Below, one piece after another: positions 14,312 through 15,063 of a stretch of 15,063 bases of DNA (position 1 is its first letter; the number at the start of each line of letters is the position of its first letter). The stretch lies in assembly GCA_031416315.1 (NCBI GenBank), contig JANOTL010000151.1:1-15063 (forward strand), in the 5' to 3' direction. The notes below the pieces were generated by a model. That model was not told where the DNA came from. It worked only from the letters and a program-made list of their open reading frames with translations, and did not search any database. Both the position numbers and the translations under genes were made by a program. The stretch is from Pseudomonadota bacterium (GTDB lineage: Bacteria; Bdellovibrionota_B; Oligoflexia; Oligoflexales; CAIYRB01).

Positions 14312-15063
14312 TTAGCCGACGCTTCCTTCTAGCTTCATTTCCAGGAGCTTCACCGCCTCGACCGAGAACTCGAGCGGCAGCTCCTTGAAGACTTCCTTGC
14401 AGAAGCCGTTCAGAAGGAGGCTCACGGCGCCCTCGTCGTCGATGCCGCGCGATTTCAGATAGAAGATCTGCTCGGCGTTGATCTTGGACGTGGTCGCCTC
14501 GTGCTCGACGGTGGCGGTCTGATTCTTCACTTCGATGTAGGGATAAGTGTTGGCGTGGCAGCGGTCGCCGACGAGCATCGAGTCGCACTGCGAGTAATTG
14601 CGCGCGTTGTCGGCCGAGGGCAGGATCTTGACTTGACCACGGTAACTGTTCACCGACTCGTCGGCGGAGATGCCCTTCGAGACGATCTTGCTCGTGGTGT
14701 TCTTGCCGATATGCACCATCTTGGTGCCGGTGTCGGCCTGCATCTTATGGTTGGTCAGCGCGACGGAGTAGAATTCGCCGCGCGAGTCGTCGCCCTTCAG
14801 AATGACGCTCGGATATTTCCAGGTGATGGCGGAGCCCGTCTCCACCTGGGTCCAAGAGATCTTCGACTTGCGGCCGGCGCAGAGGCCGCGCTTGGTGACG
14901 AAGTTGTAGATGCCGCCCTTGCCGTCCTTGTCGCCGGCGTACCAGTTCTGCACGGTCGAGTACTTGATCTCGGCTTCGTCGTGGGCGACGAGCTCGACGA
15001 TCGCGGCGTGGAGTTGGTTCTCGTCCCTTTGCGGCGCCGTGCAGCCTTCGAGGTAGCTGACGT
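14312..15063 (-). CDS. sufB: Fe-S cluster assembly protein SufB (5' end beyond the window)
   Basis: Frame open to the window edge: [28 protein letters not shown]...[41 protein letters not shown]. Confidence 0.98.
   Translation of the reverse strand, partial: VSYLEGCTAPQRDENQLHAAIVELVAHDEAEIKYSTVQNWYAGDKDGKGGIYNFVTKRGLCAGRKSKISWTQVETGSAITWKYPSVILKGDDSRGEFYSVALTNHKMQADTGTKMVHIGKNTTSKIVSKGISADESVNSYRGQVKILPSADNARNYSQCDSMLVGDRCHANTYPYIEVKNQTATVEHEATTSKINAEQIFYLKSRGIDDEGAVSLLLNGFCKEVFKELPLEFSVEAVKLLEMKLEGSVG

Noticed and set aside
7246..14332. Long plus-strand ORFs (e.g. 7246-8541, 11066-12205, 12340-13299, 13382-14332)
   Set aside because: Antisense shadows of well-supported minus-strand genes, common in high-GC DNA; no recognisable motifs.

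Overview
High-GC bacterial DNA; gene content would fit a Bdellovibrionota/Oligoflexia- or Myxococcota-like organism, but that is inference only. Bases 1-131 look like low-quality contig-end sequence. Left to right: (1) a BlaI/MecI-type repressor with a leaderless promoter overlapped by two perfect 16-bp palindromic operators, coupled to a BlaR1-like M56 protease fused to an MltD-type lytic transglycosylase that seems to carry a hidden internal translation start; (2) a junction where the 3' fragments of an OmpR-type winged-helix gene (-) and a CheA-like kinase gene (+) meet, both lacking 5' ends; (3) a PAP2 phosphatase; (4) a folE - hypothetical - atypical SDR operon divergent from a CarH/LitR-like MerR-cobalamin regulator; (5) a tightly packed minus-strand cluster sufB(partial)-sufC-sufD-sufS-sufU-nfu-(HicB-like/NifU fusion)-rrf2-nuoB (no neighbouring nuo genes)-two CheZ-motif helical proteins. 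No RNA genes, CRISPR arrays or mobile elements were recognised.
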